A stretch of 64,000 bases of DNA from Selaginella moellendorffii (GCF_000143415.4 NW_003314398.1:130670-194669); one strand, 5' to 3'; positions 11,247 to 23,217 are shown, counted from the stretch's first letter. The notes: generated by a model from the sequence alone, not told the origin. A program made the numbers and translations.

Positions 11247-13694
11247 TCACCTTCCCTCGAGGAGATCCTCGGACATGGTCGGCCCGCGCTGCGCGTCTTC
11301 GCCTTCGTCCAGCGCTGCCAAGCCTGAGAAGGGGCCCGAGGAGAAGAAGGACGACGTACCATCCGACTCAAACGTTGCCGACGTCTGCCGGGTGTTGTGG
11401 TTGTGCCAGCTCGTCGCAAACGTCCCGTCCGACATGCTCGGGGACACCGGGGTCTCCACCGTCATGTTTTCCCTCTCGCCGCTGTGCGTGTACTCGTTGC
11501 TGTGCTGCACCATCTTGAGAGACTGGACCACCTCGCCCATCGTTGGTCTCTGGTTCGTTTCCGGGGCGACGCAAGCAGCAGCTACCGCAGCAACTTGTGC
11601 GAAGTCCTCCCGCGGGTACTGGCCGTTTAGTCGGGGATCTGCGAGGTCGTAGATGTGATCGACATCCTTGAGCACAGGCCGTGCCTGAGAATGATCGTTA
11701 GCACTAAAAGTAAAAGCGAAAACCATGCACTTTCTCACCCAGGTGACTAGATTCTCTTGGCCGGTAGGCTGTGCCATGTCCACGGGCTTTCTCCCGGAGA
11801 GCAACTCAAGCAAGACTACGCCATAGCTGTAGACGTCGCTTTTCACAAGTAAGTGTCCAGTCATCGCGTACTCTGGAGCAACATATCTGTGCAAAGAAAC
11901 ATCAGTAGTAGCGAATACGAAAAAGAGATTCCTACCCGAAAGTTCCCATGACCCGGGTCGAGACGTAGCTTGTTTGTCCTTCCGGAGCCTGCTTGGCAAG
12001 ACCAAAATCGGCAACTTTCGCTTGGAAGTTGTCTTCCAATAATATGTTTGAAGCCTTGAAATCCCTGTGAATAACGCAAGGTTGACAGTCTTCATGTAGA
12101 TACGCCAGCCCTCTCGCTGCACCGATTGCGATTTTCATTCGTGTATCCCAGTCTAGTGGGTTGTTTGCACCAAGTCGTCCTGAGAGTAATGTTAGCACAA
12201 TATAGATCTTGCAAGCACGAAATCCATACCGTGAAGCCACGACTCCAAACTTCCATTAGGAACAAGTTCGTAGCAGAGAAGATGCTGTGAGGAATCCCGG
12301 CTACTGAAAAACCCGACAAGTTTCACGAGATGTCTATGGTGTAATCTGCTTAGCATTTCCACCTCCACCAAAAACTCTTTATCGCCTTGATGACCACCAC
12401 TGCTGAGCCTCTTGATCGCTACTGCCATTCCATCTTTCAAGTTCCCTCGGTACACACGTCCAAAGCCGCCTTCGCCTAACAAGTTAGCCGGATCAAAGCC
12501 ATTCGTTGCTTCTTTGAGATCCTCGTAGGAAAATATTCGCGTGCTTGTTGGACGAGTTAACAAAGAGAGCATTTGAGGAGGGTCCGATGCTTTAGTAAAA
12601 GAGGACGTGTGACCTGCATGAAAGAAAATTAAAAATTGCAGAACTATTAGTTTAGAGAACCAACCTGACTTGGTCAAGCTTGCCTTCTCTTCAGATTCTT
12701 TGTTTCCAGGAGCCAGTTTACGAATGAATAGTATAGAAAGGCAGAGCAAAGCCACTATTGCAATACCAACTCCTAGTATAATTCCCAGCCGAACCTTCCC
12801 TTTGGGCCTTTCAGAAGCGGAGGATTGGTTGTTGGTGGGCGTCGATAGAGGCTGATTTCTTGATGGGGAAGGTGCAAAAACTGGTGAGGGCGATGGAGAC
12901 ACTGCACGTACAAAACAAATACACGGCGATAAGTTAATGCACAAAAGAGCACGTCAAGCTTACCAGGTTCCGGGCCAAAAAGGTTGAAACGAAGAAGCGT
13001 GTAGTTTCCCACAAGAGAAGAGTTGAAACGAACCTTGTGAGCATCCAAAGAAGCCTTGACGCTTGTAGCCTCTTGGGATGAGAAACTAACACCGACCAGG
13101 GGGCCTAGATAAATGGACATATTGAGCTCACTGGTAGTAATATAATAGAATGCTGTAATCACCACTTGCGGGTCTTGGAGCTTGAGCTGGGACGCGAGCT
13201 GGTGCTGGAAGGCGACGGTGGAGTTAATGAAGTTGGACGACACATTGTCGAGAAGTAGCCCGATCTCTATCGGATAGACACAGGAGCAAGTCTCGCCACC
13301 GGGTCTGTTCATCATATTGTCCACACAGCAGCCTGGATGACACTAAAAAGTGTCGGCAAAAAAGATGAGAAAAAGAAAGAAGAATGCATACCAGGAGAGG
13401 GCGACTTTCCGGGTGGAGCAGCCACGGTGGGTGACACAGACGGCGCGTTCGTTGAAAAGCCTGTGTCATTGACACCTTGGAGCAGCCACCTGCGCGTATG
13501 ATCTAGAAGAAAACAGCAAGCGTGACACTTAGCCACTTCAAGCACAAAAAAAAAAAGCGACAAGGAAGAAATCACTCTACTTTACCTTGTCTAGGAACAG
13601 GAAAATCGTCCAGAGCCAATGCGAGAACTCCAATTAATCCCGCAAACACGACGACCACGATGATCTGCTCTGATCTCCGGCAATAGATCTTCAT
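11247..13694 (-). CDS. ALE2-like / proline-rich receptor-like Ser/Thr kinase (multi-exon)
   Basis: Signal peptide MKIYCRR...[15 protein letters not shown], Pro-rich stretches, Cys-containing ectodomain ([13 protein letters not shown]) and a TM segment. Kinase motifs are [33 protein letters not shown] and [27 protein letters not shown]. Confidence 0.9.
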
Positions 13695-14103
13695 TTTCCT
13701 TTCCCCTGGTGGAAGAAGCCGGTTTCACGGCGAACAGAGAGGCCCCATCCCTCTGCCCGACCGAAACCCCTAGCAACTAGAGCAAGCTGGGCGCCGGGCG
13801 GGCGCCGCAGTCTGGGGAGATCGCTGGCATTCCTAAAGACGAGCCTAGATCGGCGGAGCTGCGGCACATACCTGTAGATCTAGCATGGAGCGCCCTAGCC
13901 GCAGCTACAAACCCTAAGAAAGCGCAAAAACCAACAATCCCAGCACGCAATCCTCTCTTTCTCTTCCCCCTGCGGCATATCCAAATACATATATACTTTT
14001 GTACGGATGCAGTACATGAGAAACCAAATTCTTAAGCATATTCTAATTAAAAGGTAATAAAATTCCAAATATTTAAAATGATGCATTTTGTTAAAATTAT
14101 ATT

Positions 14104-14277
14104 TGTGAGTGCATGGAATATGGAAAGAGAATACAGAAATGTGCATATCAATTAGCTCAAAAACCCTAGCTTATATACAAGAGCGAGTGGTCCGGATTGA
14201 AACCAATCCGACGGCTACCAAAATCCACTACGCTAATATTAGTATACGGCATCGTAGCCGTACACTTGGCCCTCACA
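14104..14277 (-). repeat. 3' LTR, preceded on the minus strand by PPT GAGAGGAGGGGATGA (14278-14292)
   Basis: Direct repeat of 18940-19113 with TG...CA ends. Confidence 0.95.
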
Positions 14278-14309
14278 TCATCCCCTCCTCTCGGAATAAT
14301 GGAAGGCCG

Positions 14310-17300
14310 TCAGGGTTCTCTTGTCGATGGGCCGGGATCTGGAGGAACGTCAGGAGGAGGCATCGGTGGATCTGTAGACAGTATTAACTGCTCCTGATCC
14401 CTTTGTATGAAGCGTTTTAACCGCTGCACATGCACAATCTTCGGAGGATCGGCCTGCTGAACGTCATGCCGAACCTCATAAACTTGTGGTCCAACTTGCC
14501 GCAACACCCGATACGGTCCTTTCCACTGCGCAAGGAGCCCCTTAGATAAACCACGTACCGTAAGATGGGGAAAACGGACTAACACCAAATCATCCATTTT
14601 GTACTCCGCAGGTGGACAATGATGGGAATTGTAGCGCCGTTGTTGTCCCACTTGTACGCGGCCTAAGTGTTCAGCAGACTCTGCTCGGACAAGTGGAAGA
14701 ATGCTTGTCAAATATTGATCCCATGACCTAACATCAGGAGCTCGTGGCAATCGCGAAGGTAAACCCAGCTCTGTTGGTAATATTGGATCATGACCATATA
14801 GAAGTTTATATGGTGAAGCACCAACAGAACTCTGCACCCCTGTGACATAAGCATACCGAAGAGACGGCAAATAACCATCCCAATCCGAATGTTGAAAGTT
14901 CACATACTTCGCAATCATCCCTTTGAATGTCCGAACGAGCTGTTCCACCAGACCGTCTGATTGTGGATGATAAGCACTCGTAAAAGTGTGGCGTATCCCC
15001 AACCGAGATGTCAAAACATGAAATACCTCAGCCATAAATGCAGGACCATTATCCGAAAGAATCCGCTCTGGACAAGAATGCTGGAATACCACTCGATTGA
15101 GGAGGAAGTATCCAACAGCAGTTGCAGAGGCACTAGCAAGAGCACCAACTTCCACCCAACGAGTCAAGTAGTCAGAAGCAATAATAACATACTCATTGCT
15201 AGCAGTCGATCGCGGAAAAGGTCCCATAAGATCAAACGCCACCAACTCAAATGGACGAGAAACTGCAATTGACTCCAACCGTCCTTCCGCAGCACAAGGG
15301 GGAGTATTACGAGCTTGGCACCAAACGCAGCTACGCACATACCGGATAATATCACGTCGCATCTTTGGCCAATAGAAAAATCTGCGCAGCTTCTCGGTGA
15401 CACGACGGTGTCCCATATGCCCACTTAGAATAGGAGAATCATGGTAGGCATGGAGAAACCGCGGAATAAACACCGAAGGCACCACCAGCCGTAAATGATC
15501 ATCAGGATCCGTCCCCACAAAATAAAGAAGGTCATCTTCAAGGCGATATTGAGAATGTAAATGCCGAAAAGGCAAGTCATCAGCAAGTGATGCAGGATTC
15601 TCAAACCCATCTCGAAGCCTTCGAATCCACGACTCAATCTTTTGAGCCTCGCGAACCTCATCCAGAGAAGGTAGATCTTGCTCTACGCCCTGTGGACACT
15701 GAACGTCAAGGACAGCAACCGCCGACGGCACAGAATCCTCATCTAGAAAATCCACAGATGCTGGAACAACAGGTTCGTCAGAAACATGAGAAGTGAATGG
15801 AGAAGGAAGAGGAGCTCGAGAAAGGGCATCAGCATCAGCCATAGAACTCCCTGGGCGATGAACAACATTGAAATCATATATCTGAAGCTTCAAAGCCCAT
15901 CGAGCCGTACGACCAACCAGGTTCTTCCGCTTCAATAATGAAGTAACAGCAGCATGGTCACCTTCAAGTAACGTCCGAGAACCATGTAAATATGCATGAA
16001 GTTTCTCGAAACCCCAGACTGCTGCTAAACACTCCTTCTCCGTCGTGGAGTAGTTCATCTCCGCTGGTTGTAATGTACGGCTTATATATGCAATGGGATG
16101 GCATTGACCAGGCACACTCGAGCTCTCTTGCATCAACACACCTCCAAGACCAATGTCAGAAGCATTCACGCGCAAAATAAAAGGTCGAGTGTAATCAGGA
16201 TATGCCAAAACCGGAGGAGTCGTCAATAGCTCTTTGAGATTCACGAACGCCCGCTCACAATCGGGAGACCAGATGAAAGATGACGTTGATGACTTCAGCA
16301 ACGCTCGCAATGGTGTAGTGAGATCGGAAAGATGATCCACAAAACGACCGAGATACTGCACCTTACCCAAAAAGCGTTGCACATCATTCACACACTTCGG
16401 AGTAGGGAACTTTAGAACAGCCACAAGTTTGTCAGGATCAACTTGCAAACCCTCACGAGAAATACGGTACCCAAGATAAGTTGTGTCCTTGGACCCAAAC
16501 ACGCACTTCGACCGCTTCAGCTTTAAACCAACATCGCGTAGCCGATCCAACACTTTACAAACATCACGAACATGCTCCTCCCACGTCCCCTCCGAGTGGA
16601 TCAAGACATCATCAATGAAGTCAGCCGTCACCTCCGGCATATCGCAAAGAACCTCGTCCATCATCCGCTGAAAAGTTGCTGGAGCATTGTTCAAACCAAA
16701 CGGCATCACCAAAAACTCGTACAAACCAAATGGTGTACGAAAAGCAGTCTTAGGAATATCTTCTTTAGCCAACGGTACTTGCCAATACCCAGAAGCAAGA
16801 TCTAGCTTGGTGAACCAACGACTTCGCCCCAGACGATCCAAGAGATCAGCAGTGTGAGGAAGAAGGTACACGTCCGGGATCGTCACTTCATTTAACGGAC
16901 GATAGTCGATGCAGAAACGAATACTCCCATCAGGCTTCGTCACAAGATGAGGTTCACATGCCCAAGGACTCCGCGACTTCCGAATAACACCCTTCTCCAA
17001 CATCTCCTTGACGTTTGCACGTAAAATCTTGATCTCCTTGGGTGACCGACGACGAACAGGAACCTTGATTGGACGAGCATCCCTAGTTGGAATGGGATGA
17101 CGTGTGGCAATCTTGGCCCCAGACGATAGGTCAAATTCAAAGAGATCAGAATACTCCTTCATGAGCTGGTCAACAGCTGCAACACAAAGATCATCAGAGG
17201 GATCGGAAAAGGGAAGAGTAGAACAAGATGGAAACACAAGAGGAAATAGTGGGGGAACAAAAGTAATGGAAGCAGAGGTAGAAGTAGAGGGACGAAGAGG

Positions 17301-17798
17301 TACGGAAGTGAGAGGAATGGATGAAACATAAGGAAGTATAAGACAAGGGGGAGAAGCCTCAAAGTCACACTTGGCATGATTGTGCTGCAACCAATCCATA
17401 CCAAGAATGAGGTCAAAAGCTTGACTCGGCACCACCCGCAACGACTGCAACTCAAGCTCCAGATCGCCCACACGCACAACCAGGTCCGCCTCATCTCGTG
17501 CACATGCATGTGTACGGCCGTTGCCATAAAGAATGAAAACTGGATCCGCCGCACGATGCAAGTGTAGATGACAACGTGTGGCAACAGGTTGAGCAATAGA
17601 AAATAAACTCGAACCTGTATCAACCAACACGGAGAGAAGAATAGGAGACCTCTTGTTATAAAAACGAGCTTGGAAAGTAAACACTGGATGAACCGGTGCC
17701 GAGTGAACCCCTTGATGATACTCCCGAAAGAAAGATGGAGGGGTCACTAACTTATTCGCGCAAGGTCCCTCCATTACTCGTGCGACTCCTCGTTTCCC
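14310..17798 (-). CDS. pol: Pol polyprotein (PR-RT-RNaseH-INT), in the -1 frame relative to gag
   Basis: LVDTGS protease; RFCIDYRPLN, KLDLASGYWQV and FIDDVLI RT; RNase H (VNASD...NYSTTEKECLA); HHCC plus DDE integrase (FDLMGP, SDNG, QSDGLVE); WKGPY motif. Confidence 0.95.
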   Translation of the reverse strand, partial: GKRGVARVMEGPCANKLVTPPSFFREYHQGVHSAPVHPVFTFQARFYNKRSPILLSVLVDTGSSLFSIAQPVATRCHLHLHRAADPVFILYGNGRTHACARDEADLVVRVGDLELELQSLRVVPSQAFDLILGMDWLQHNHAKCDFEASPPCLILPYVSSIPLTSVPLRPSTSTSASITFVPPLFPLVFPSCSTLPFSDPSDDLCVAAVDQLMKEYSDLFEFDLSSGAKIATRHPIPTRDARPIKVPVRRRSPKEIKILRANVKEMLEKGVIRKSRSPWACEPHLVTKPDGSIRFCIDYRPLNEVTIPDVYLLPHTADLLDRLGRSRWFTKLDLASGYWQVPLAKEDIPKTAFRTPFGLYEFLVMPFGLNNAPATFQRMMDEVLCDMPEVTADFIDDVLIHSEGTWEEHVRDVCKVLDRLRDVGLKLKRSKCVFGSKDTTYLGYRISREGLQVDPDKLVAVLKFPTPKCVNDVQRFLGKVQYLGRFVDHLSDLTTPLRALLKSSTSSFIWSPDCERAFVNLKELLTTPPVLAYPDYTRPFILRVNASDIGLGGVLMQESSSVPGQCHPIAYISRTLQPAEMNYSTTEKECLAAVWGFEKLHAYLHGSRTLLEGDHAAVTSLLKRKNLVGRTARWALKLQIYDFNVVHRPGSSMADADALSRAPLPSPFTSHVSDEPVVPASVDFLDEDSVPSAVAVLDVQCPQGVEQDLPSLDEVREAQKIESWIRRLRDGFENPASLADDLPFRHLHSQYRLEDDLLYFVGTDPDDHLRLVVPSVFIPRFLHAYHDSPILSGHMGHRRVTEKLRRFFYWPKMRRDIIRYVRSCVWCQARNTPPCAAEGRLESIAVSRPFELVAFDLMGPFPRSTASNEYVIIASDYLTRWVEVGALASASATAVGYFLLNRVVFQHSCPERILSDNGPAFMAEVFHVLTSRLGIRHTFTSAYHPQSDGLVEQLVRTFKGMIAKYVNFQHSDWDGYLPSLRYAYVTGVQSSVGASPYKLLYGHDPILPTELGLPSRLPRAPDVRSWDQYLTSILPLVRAESAEHLGRVQVGQQRRYNSHHCPPAEYKMDDLVLVRFPHLTVRGLSKGLLAQWKGPYRVLRQVGPQVYEVRHDVQQADPPKIVHVQRLKRFIQRDQEQLILSTDPPMPPPDVPPDPGPSTREP
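17735..17798 (-). promoter_or_regulatory. Putative -1 programmed ribosomal frameshift signal (G GGA AAC plus pseudoknot)
   Basis: The heptamer is in the gag frame, followed by a 6-nt spacer, stem 1 TCGCACGAG/CTTGCGCGA and stem 2 ATGGAGGG/CCCTCCAT. Confidence 0.8.
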
Positions 17799-18706
17799 GA
17801 ATGCACCTCGGTATCCAAACCTTCCACCGCAGCAGCACCAACGGGATGTTGCTGACGCCAAGGTCTCCACCCAGGAAATGGAGGTCGCCAATCCGGAAAG
17901 CGCCGACAACGCTGATAAGTATGACCAACTTCATCACATGCCCAGCAACGAAGGTCACGGCCACGACCACGTCCTCGCCCTTGTCCTTGGACTCGAGTAG
18001 CAGCAGCATCAACCTCCATGGGAACAGGACCATCACTCATAGGAAGTGGAGTTGAAGGACGTGTAGCAAGAAGTGGAAGAGGCGACGTCTCATAACGTTG
18101 TGCCAAGCGAAGAGCATCGTCAAGAGTGGCAGGAGCAAGTGCATGCACAAGTCCGACAAGATCTTGACGAAGTGCTGGCCACAGCATTCCTAGCTTGATC
18201 CGCTCCGACATATTTGGCTCCGCACGAAGCAAAAGACTTCGGAAACGAACACCAAATTGCATCACTGACTCAGATGGCCCTTGGCGAAGACGATGCAATT
18301 GTTGGAAGGCATCATCACAATCGTCGGCGTGTCCGAAGGCGCGTTTGAAGACGTCCGGAAGAACACTCCAATCGCCACGAGTAGCTGCGCTCAATCCATT
18401 GTACCACTGCAATGCCGTCCCCTGGAGACATGTGGGGAACTCACGCAAACGTCGAGCATCATCCCAAGAATGATATGTGGCAATCACCGTGAAGTGATCG
18501 AACCAATGGTACACATCATCCCCAGGATTCCCATGAAAGAACTCCGGCCGAACGCGAGGATTGGCACCAAAAGCAAGAGGAGTTGTACCATGTGCCGTGA
18601 ATGCCGCCATCAACTGAGTTTGGTTGTTCAATTGCAAGCGCATAGCATCAAGCAATTGAACCAACTGTTGCTCTAGAGTCAAAGGAGGAGATTGCGGATC
18701 GGCCAT
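17774..18706 (-). CDS. gag: Gag (310 aa) with CCHC zinc knuckle
   Basis: Retrotransposon gag-like core (LQGTALQWY, LRQGPSESV), PVPMEVD motif and CWACDEVGHTYQRC (CX2CX4HX4C). Confidence 0.93.
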   Translation of the reverse strand: MADPQSPPLTLEQQLVQLLDAMRLQLNNQTQLMAAFTAHGTTPLAFGANPRVRPEFFHGNPGDDVYHWFDHFTVIATYHSWDDARRLREFPTCLQGTALQWYNGLSAATRGDWSVLPDVFKRAFGHADDCDDAFQQLHRLRQGPSESVMQFGVRFRSLLLRAEPNMSERIKLGMLWPALRQDLVGLVHALAPATLDDALRLAQRYETSPLPLLATRPSTPLPMSDGPVPMEVDAAATRVQGQGRGRGRGRDLRCWACDEVGHTYQRCRRFPDWRPPFPGWRPWRQQHPVGAAAVEGLDTEVHSGNEESHE

Positions 18707-18922
18707 GAAAATGAATGAAAAAGAAAGAGCAAAAGAAGAGAAATGACAAAAAGCTGGAAAGAAATGGTAGATCTAGACAATGCAAAAAGCTAGATCTAAA
18801 CCAAAATCCTGAAAGGAAAGAACAAAAGAAAGGAAATGGAAAAAGCTAGATCTAGACAATGCAAAAGCTAAATTTAAACCGAAATCCCAAATCCAAGCAC
18901 TCCCCAGGGACAATCAAAGGTG

Positions 18923-18938
18923 CCCCTCATCTCCACCA
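18923..18938 (-). other. Primer-binding site, probably tRNA-Ala
   Basis: TGGTGGAGATGAGGGG lies 1 nt inside the 5' LTR. Its complement CCCCTCATCTCCACCA resembles the plant tRNA-Ala 3' end (recalled as CCCCGCATCTCCACCA). Confidence 0.65.
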
Positions 18939-18939
18939 A

Positions 18940-19113
18940 TGTGAGTGCATGGAATATGGAAAGGGAATATAGAAATGTGCATATCAATTAGCTCAAAAAC
19001 CCTAGCTTATATACAGGAGCGAGTGGTCCGGATTGAAACCAATCCGACGGCTACCAAAATCCACTACGCTAATATTAGTATACGGCATCGTAGCCGTACA
19101 CTTGGCCCTCACA
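18940..19113 (-). repeat. 5' LTR
   Basis: Direct repeat of 14104-14277. Confidence 0.95.
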
Positions 19114-19283
19114 TATTGATATTAAAAAATAAAAATGTTACTTTATTAAAATTAATATAAAAATTACTCAAAGCAAAAAAACATGCAAATCAAAATTAAA
19201 AATTAAAGTAAGTTCATATTTATATTATTTTTACTTTATTTAGATAAAATTAAAATAAAAATTAATAATCTTTAAAAACTAGT

Positions 19284-22200
19284 TATGAGGTCAAGTGTAC
19301 AACTATGATACTATATACTAATATTAGTATAGTGGGATTTTGGTAGCCGTCAGATTGATTTTAATCTGAACTACTCGGTTTTGTATATAAACTAGGGTTT
19401 TTAGGCTAATTGATATGCACATTTTCTGTAATTTTTTTTTTTTTCATATTCCATGTATTTACATAGAAGCAGCTTTGATTATCCTTAAAGAGTGTTGATA
19501 TATAACTCCTTTTACTCTTGCTACCAATCCTCGCATCTAACTGGGGTTTTTTCGTGGGAATCTTGGGGATGATGTGTACTATTGGTTTGATCACTTCATG
19601 GTGATTGCCACATATCATTTTTGGGATGATGCTTAATGTTTGTTTGAATTTCCCATGTGTCTCAATGGGATGGCATTGTAGTGGTACAATGGTTTAAGTG
19701 CAACCATTCGTGAGGATTGGAGTATTCTCCCGAACATCTTCAAACTTATATTTGGATATATTGACAATTGTGATGATGCTTTTTAACAATTGCATTGTCT
19801 TTGTTAAGGGTCATTTGAGTTGGTAATGCAATTTAGCGTTTATTTTTTAAGCCTCTTGCTTCGTGTGAAGCCAAATATGTCGGAGTGAATTAAGTTGGGA
19901 ATGTTATGGCCAACACTTCATCAAGACCTAATAAGACTTATATATACACTTACTCTAGCCATCCTTAACAATGCCCTTTGTTTGGCACAACGTTGTGAGA
20001 TATCACTTCTTTCACTTTTCACTACACATCATTTAACTCCACTTTCTATGGGAGATAGTTCTGTTCTAATAAAGGTTGATATTGCTATTGCTCATATTTA
20101 AGGACTAGAATAAGAATATAGTTGTGGCCGTGATGTCTACTACTAGGCATATAATGAAGTTGGTCACATTTATAAGTGTTGTTGGCATTTTTCGAATTAA
20201 TAACCTCCATTTCCTGAGGGGAGACTTTGGCGTCAACAACATTCTATTTGTGTTGTTGCAGTGAAAGGTTTAGACATCGAGATGCATCTAGGAAACAAGG
20301 AATTGCATGAGTAACAAAAAGACTTTGTGTGAATAAGTTAGTGACCCCTCCATCTTTCTGTCAAGAGTATCATCAAGGGGTTCACTTGGCATCAATTTAT
20401 CCAATGTTTACTTTCCAAGCTTGTTTTTATAACAAGAGGTCTATTATTCTCTCTGTGTTGGTTAATACAAATTTAAGTTTATCTTTTATTGCTCAGCTTA
20501 TTGCTATACATTGTTGTTTACATTTATGTTATGCGGTAGAGCTAATTTTTATTCTTTATGGCAACAGTTGTACACACACATATATATAGAATAAATACTT
20601 AGTTGTGCGTGTGGGCAATCTTGAGCTTAAGTTGTAATCATTGCAGGTGGTGATGAATCAAGTTTTTGACCTCATCTTTGGTATAAATTGGTTGTGGTAC
20701 AATCATGCCAAATATGACTTTGAGGTTTCTCCCCCTTATCTCATATTTCTTTATATTTCTTCCATTCCTCTCACTTCTATACTTTTTCGTCCCTTTACTT
20801 TTACTTTTGCTTCCATCACTTTTGTTTCCCTATTGCTTCTTTCTATATTTTTGTTTTATTCCTCTCTTCCCTCTTTCAATCCCTCTGATGGTTTTTATAT
20901 TGGAGCGGTTGACCAAGTTATGATAGAGTATGTTGATCTCTTTGAATTTGACCTGTCGTCTAGGGCTAAGATTACTACACATCATTTTATTTTAATTATA
21001 GATGCTCATCCAATCAAGGTTCTAATTCATCATCAATCACCCAAAGAACAAGATTTTACATTCAAATATCAAGCAGATATTGGAAAAGGGTGTTATTCAA
21101 AAGTTGGGCATGTGAACCTCTTCTTGTAATGAAACTTGATGGGAATATTCGTTTTTGCATCAATTATTGTTCATTAAACAAAGTGACGATCCCAGATATA
21201 TACCTTCTTCCTCACACTATTGATCTATTAGATTATCTAGGGAGAAGTCATTGGTTCACCAAGTTAAATCTTGCTTTTGGGTACTAGCAAGTACTAATTG
21301 CCAAAGAAGATATTTCTAAGATTGTTTTTTTACACTATTTAGTTTGTATTAGTTCTTAATGATGTTGTTTAGTTTGAATAATGCTCTAGTAATTTTCTAG
21401 CGGATAATGGACGAAATGTTTTGGATATGCTAAAGGTGATTGTTGACTTCATCGATGATGTCTTGATCCACTCGAAAGGGACGTGGGAAGAACACATCTG
21501 TGATGTTCGCAAGGTGTTAGATTAACTACAAAAAGTTGATATAAAGATAAAGTAGTCGAAGTCTGTATTTGGGTCCAAGGATATGATTTATCTTGGATAC
21601 CATATTTTTTCTAAAGGTTTGCAACTTGATTTTGAAAAATTTGTGGCTATTCTAAAGTACCTTACTCCAAATTGTATGAATGATGTGTAATACTTTTTAG
21701 GAAAGGTGCAATATCTCAATTATTTTGTTGATCATCTTTTTAATGATCCATAAGATGTTGGATCAGCTATGGAAAGTTGGTTTTAAGTTAAAGTGGTCGA
21801 AGTGTATGTTTGGGTCCCAAGGACACAACTTATCTTGGGTATCATATTTCTCGTAAGGGTTTGCAAGTTAATTCCTACAAATTTGTGGCTATTTTAAAGT
21901 TCTATATTCCAAAGTGTGTGAATAATGTACAACAATTTTTGTGCAAGGTGTAGTATTTTGATTGTTTTTGTTAATCATCTTTCTACGACATGATGTTATC
22001 TAATATATGCATATCTGCATTTGGTGCCAAGCTTGTAATACTCCTCTTCGTGCTACGAAAGAACGGAGTCAATTGTAATTTCCCATTTGTTTGAGTTGGT
22101 GGTTTTTGATTTGATGGGACTTTTTTTACGATCAACTACTAGCTATGACTATATCATTATTGTTTTTGACTTCTTAACTCACTGGGTGGAAGTCAATACT

Positions 22201-23217
22201 CTTGCTTACACATCTACAATTGTTGTTAAATACTTCTTTCTCAATCGAGTGGTGTTCCAGCATTCCTGTCTAGAGTTGATTCTTTTGGATAATAATTCCC
22301 CATTTATGGTTGAGGCATTTTACGTTTATCTCAGTTGGGGATATGCCACACTTTCACAAGTGCTTATCATCCATAGTCAGATGGTTTGGTAGAATAGCTC
22401 GTTTGGACCTTCAACAGGATGATTGTGAAGTATATGAACTTTCAACGTTTGGATTGAGATGGTTATTTGTTGTCTCTTCCATATACATATGTCACAGAAG
22501 TGTAGAGTTCTATTGGTGCTTCATCATATAAACTTCTATATAGTCATAATCCAATACTACCAACGGAGTTAGGTTTACCTTTGTGATTGCCGTGGGTTGC
22601 CAATGCTAAGTTGTGGGATCAATATTTAATAAGCATTCTTCCACTTGTCCGAGCAGAGTTTGTTAAACACCTGGGCTACATACAAGTGGGACAATAATAA
22701 TACTACAACTCCCATCATTGTCCACCTCAGGAGTACAAAGTGGATGACTTGGTGTTAATCCATTTTCCCCATATTATAATACATAGTTTATCTAAGGGGC
22801 TCTTTGCTCAGTAGAAAGGACCGTATCGAGTGTTGTGGCAAGTTGGACTGCAAGTTTATGAGGTTTGGCATAGCATTCAACAGACTGATCCTCTAAAAAT
22901 TTTGTATATGTAATGACTAAAATGCTTCATAGAAAGGGATCAGGAACAATTGGCACGATCTATAAATCCATTGATACCTCCTCCTGATGTTCCTCTAGAT
23001 CCTAGTCCATCCACGAGAGAACTTTGATGATCTTCTATTATTCTGAGAGGAGGGGATGACGTGAGGTCCAAGTGTACAACTATGATGTTGTATACTAATA
23101 TTAGCGTAGTGGGATTTTAGTAGCCGTTGAATTGGTTTCAATCTGAACCACTTGTTATTATATACTAATTGATATCCACATTTTCTATATTCTCTTTTTA
23201 TATTCCATACACTCACA
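19284..23217 (+). mobile_element. Degenerate second copy of the same gypsy family (opposite orientation)
   Basis: LTRs at about 19284-19463 and 23060-23217, TSD TAGT and PPT GAGAGGAGGGGATGA. Gag/pol homology carries many stops, a tandem duplication of the RT end (about 21510-21985) and a deletion of RNase H. Confidence 0.9.

Larger units (their letters stand above)
14104..19113 (-). mobile_element. Nearly intact Ty3/gypsy LTR retrotransposon (no chromodomain), 5010 bp
   Basis: 174-bp LTRs at 14104-14277 and 18940-19113 with TGTGAG...CTCACA termini and 3 mismatches. TSD is TATT, the PPT is next to the left LTR, the PBS is next to the right LTR, and the domain order is gag then PR-RT-RH-INT. 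Confidence 0.97.

Noticed and set aside
14109-14387. ORFs duplicated at 14109 and 18945
   Set aside because: These are translations of the two LTRs.
17799-17909. Pol start at 17909 given by the ORF track
   Set aside because: Non-ATG start inside gag. Entry by frameshift at 17798-17792 (or the ATG at about 17774) is more plausible.
18760-18890. Direct repeats (GCTAGATCTAGACAATGCAAAA) in the element leader
   Set aside because: Ordinary leader repeats, not regularly spaced and not CRISPR-like.
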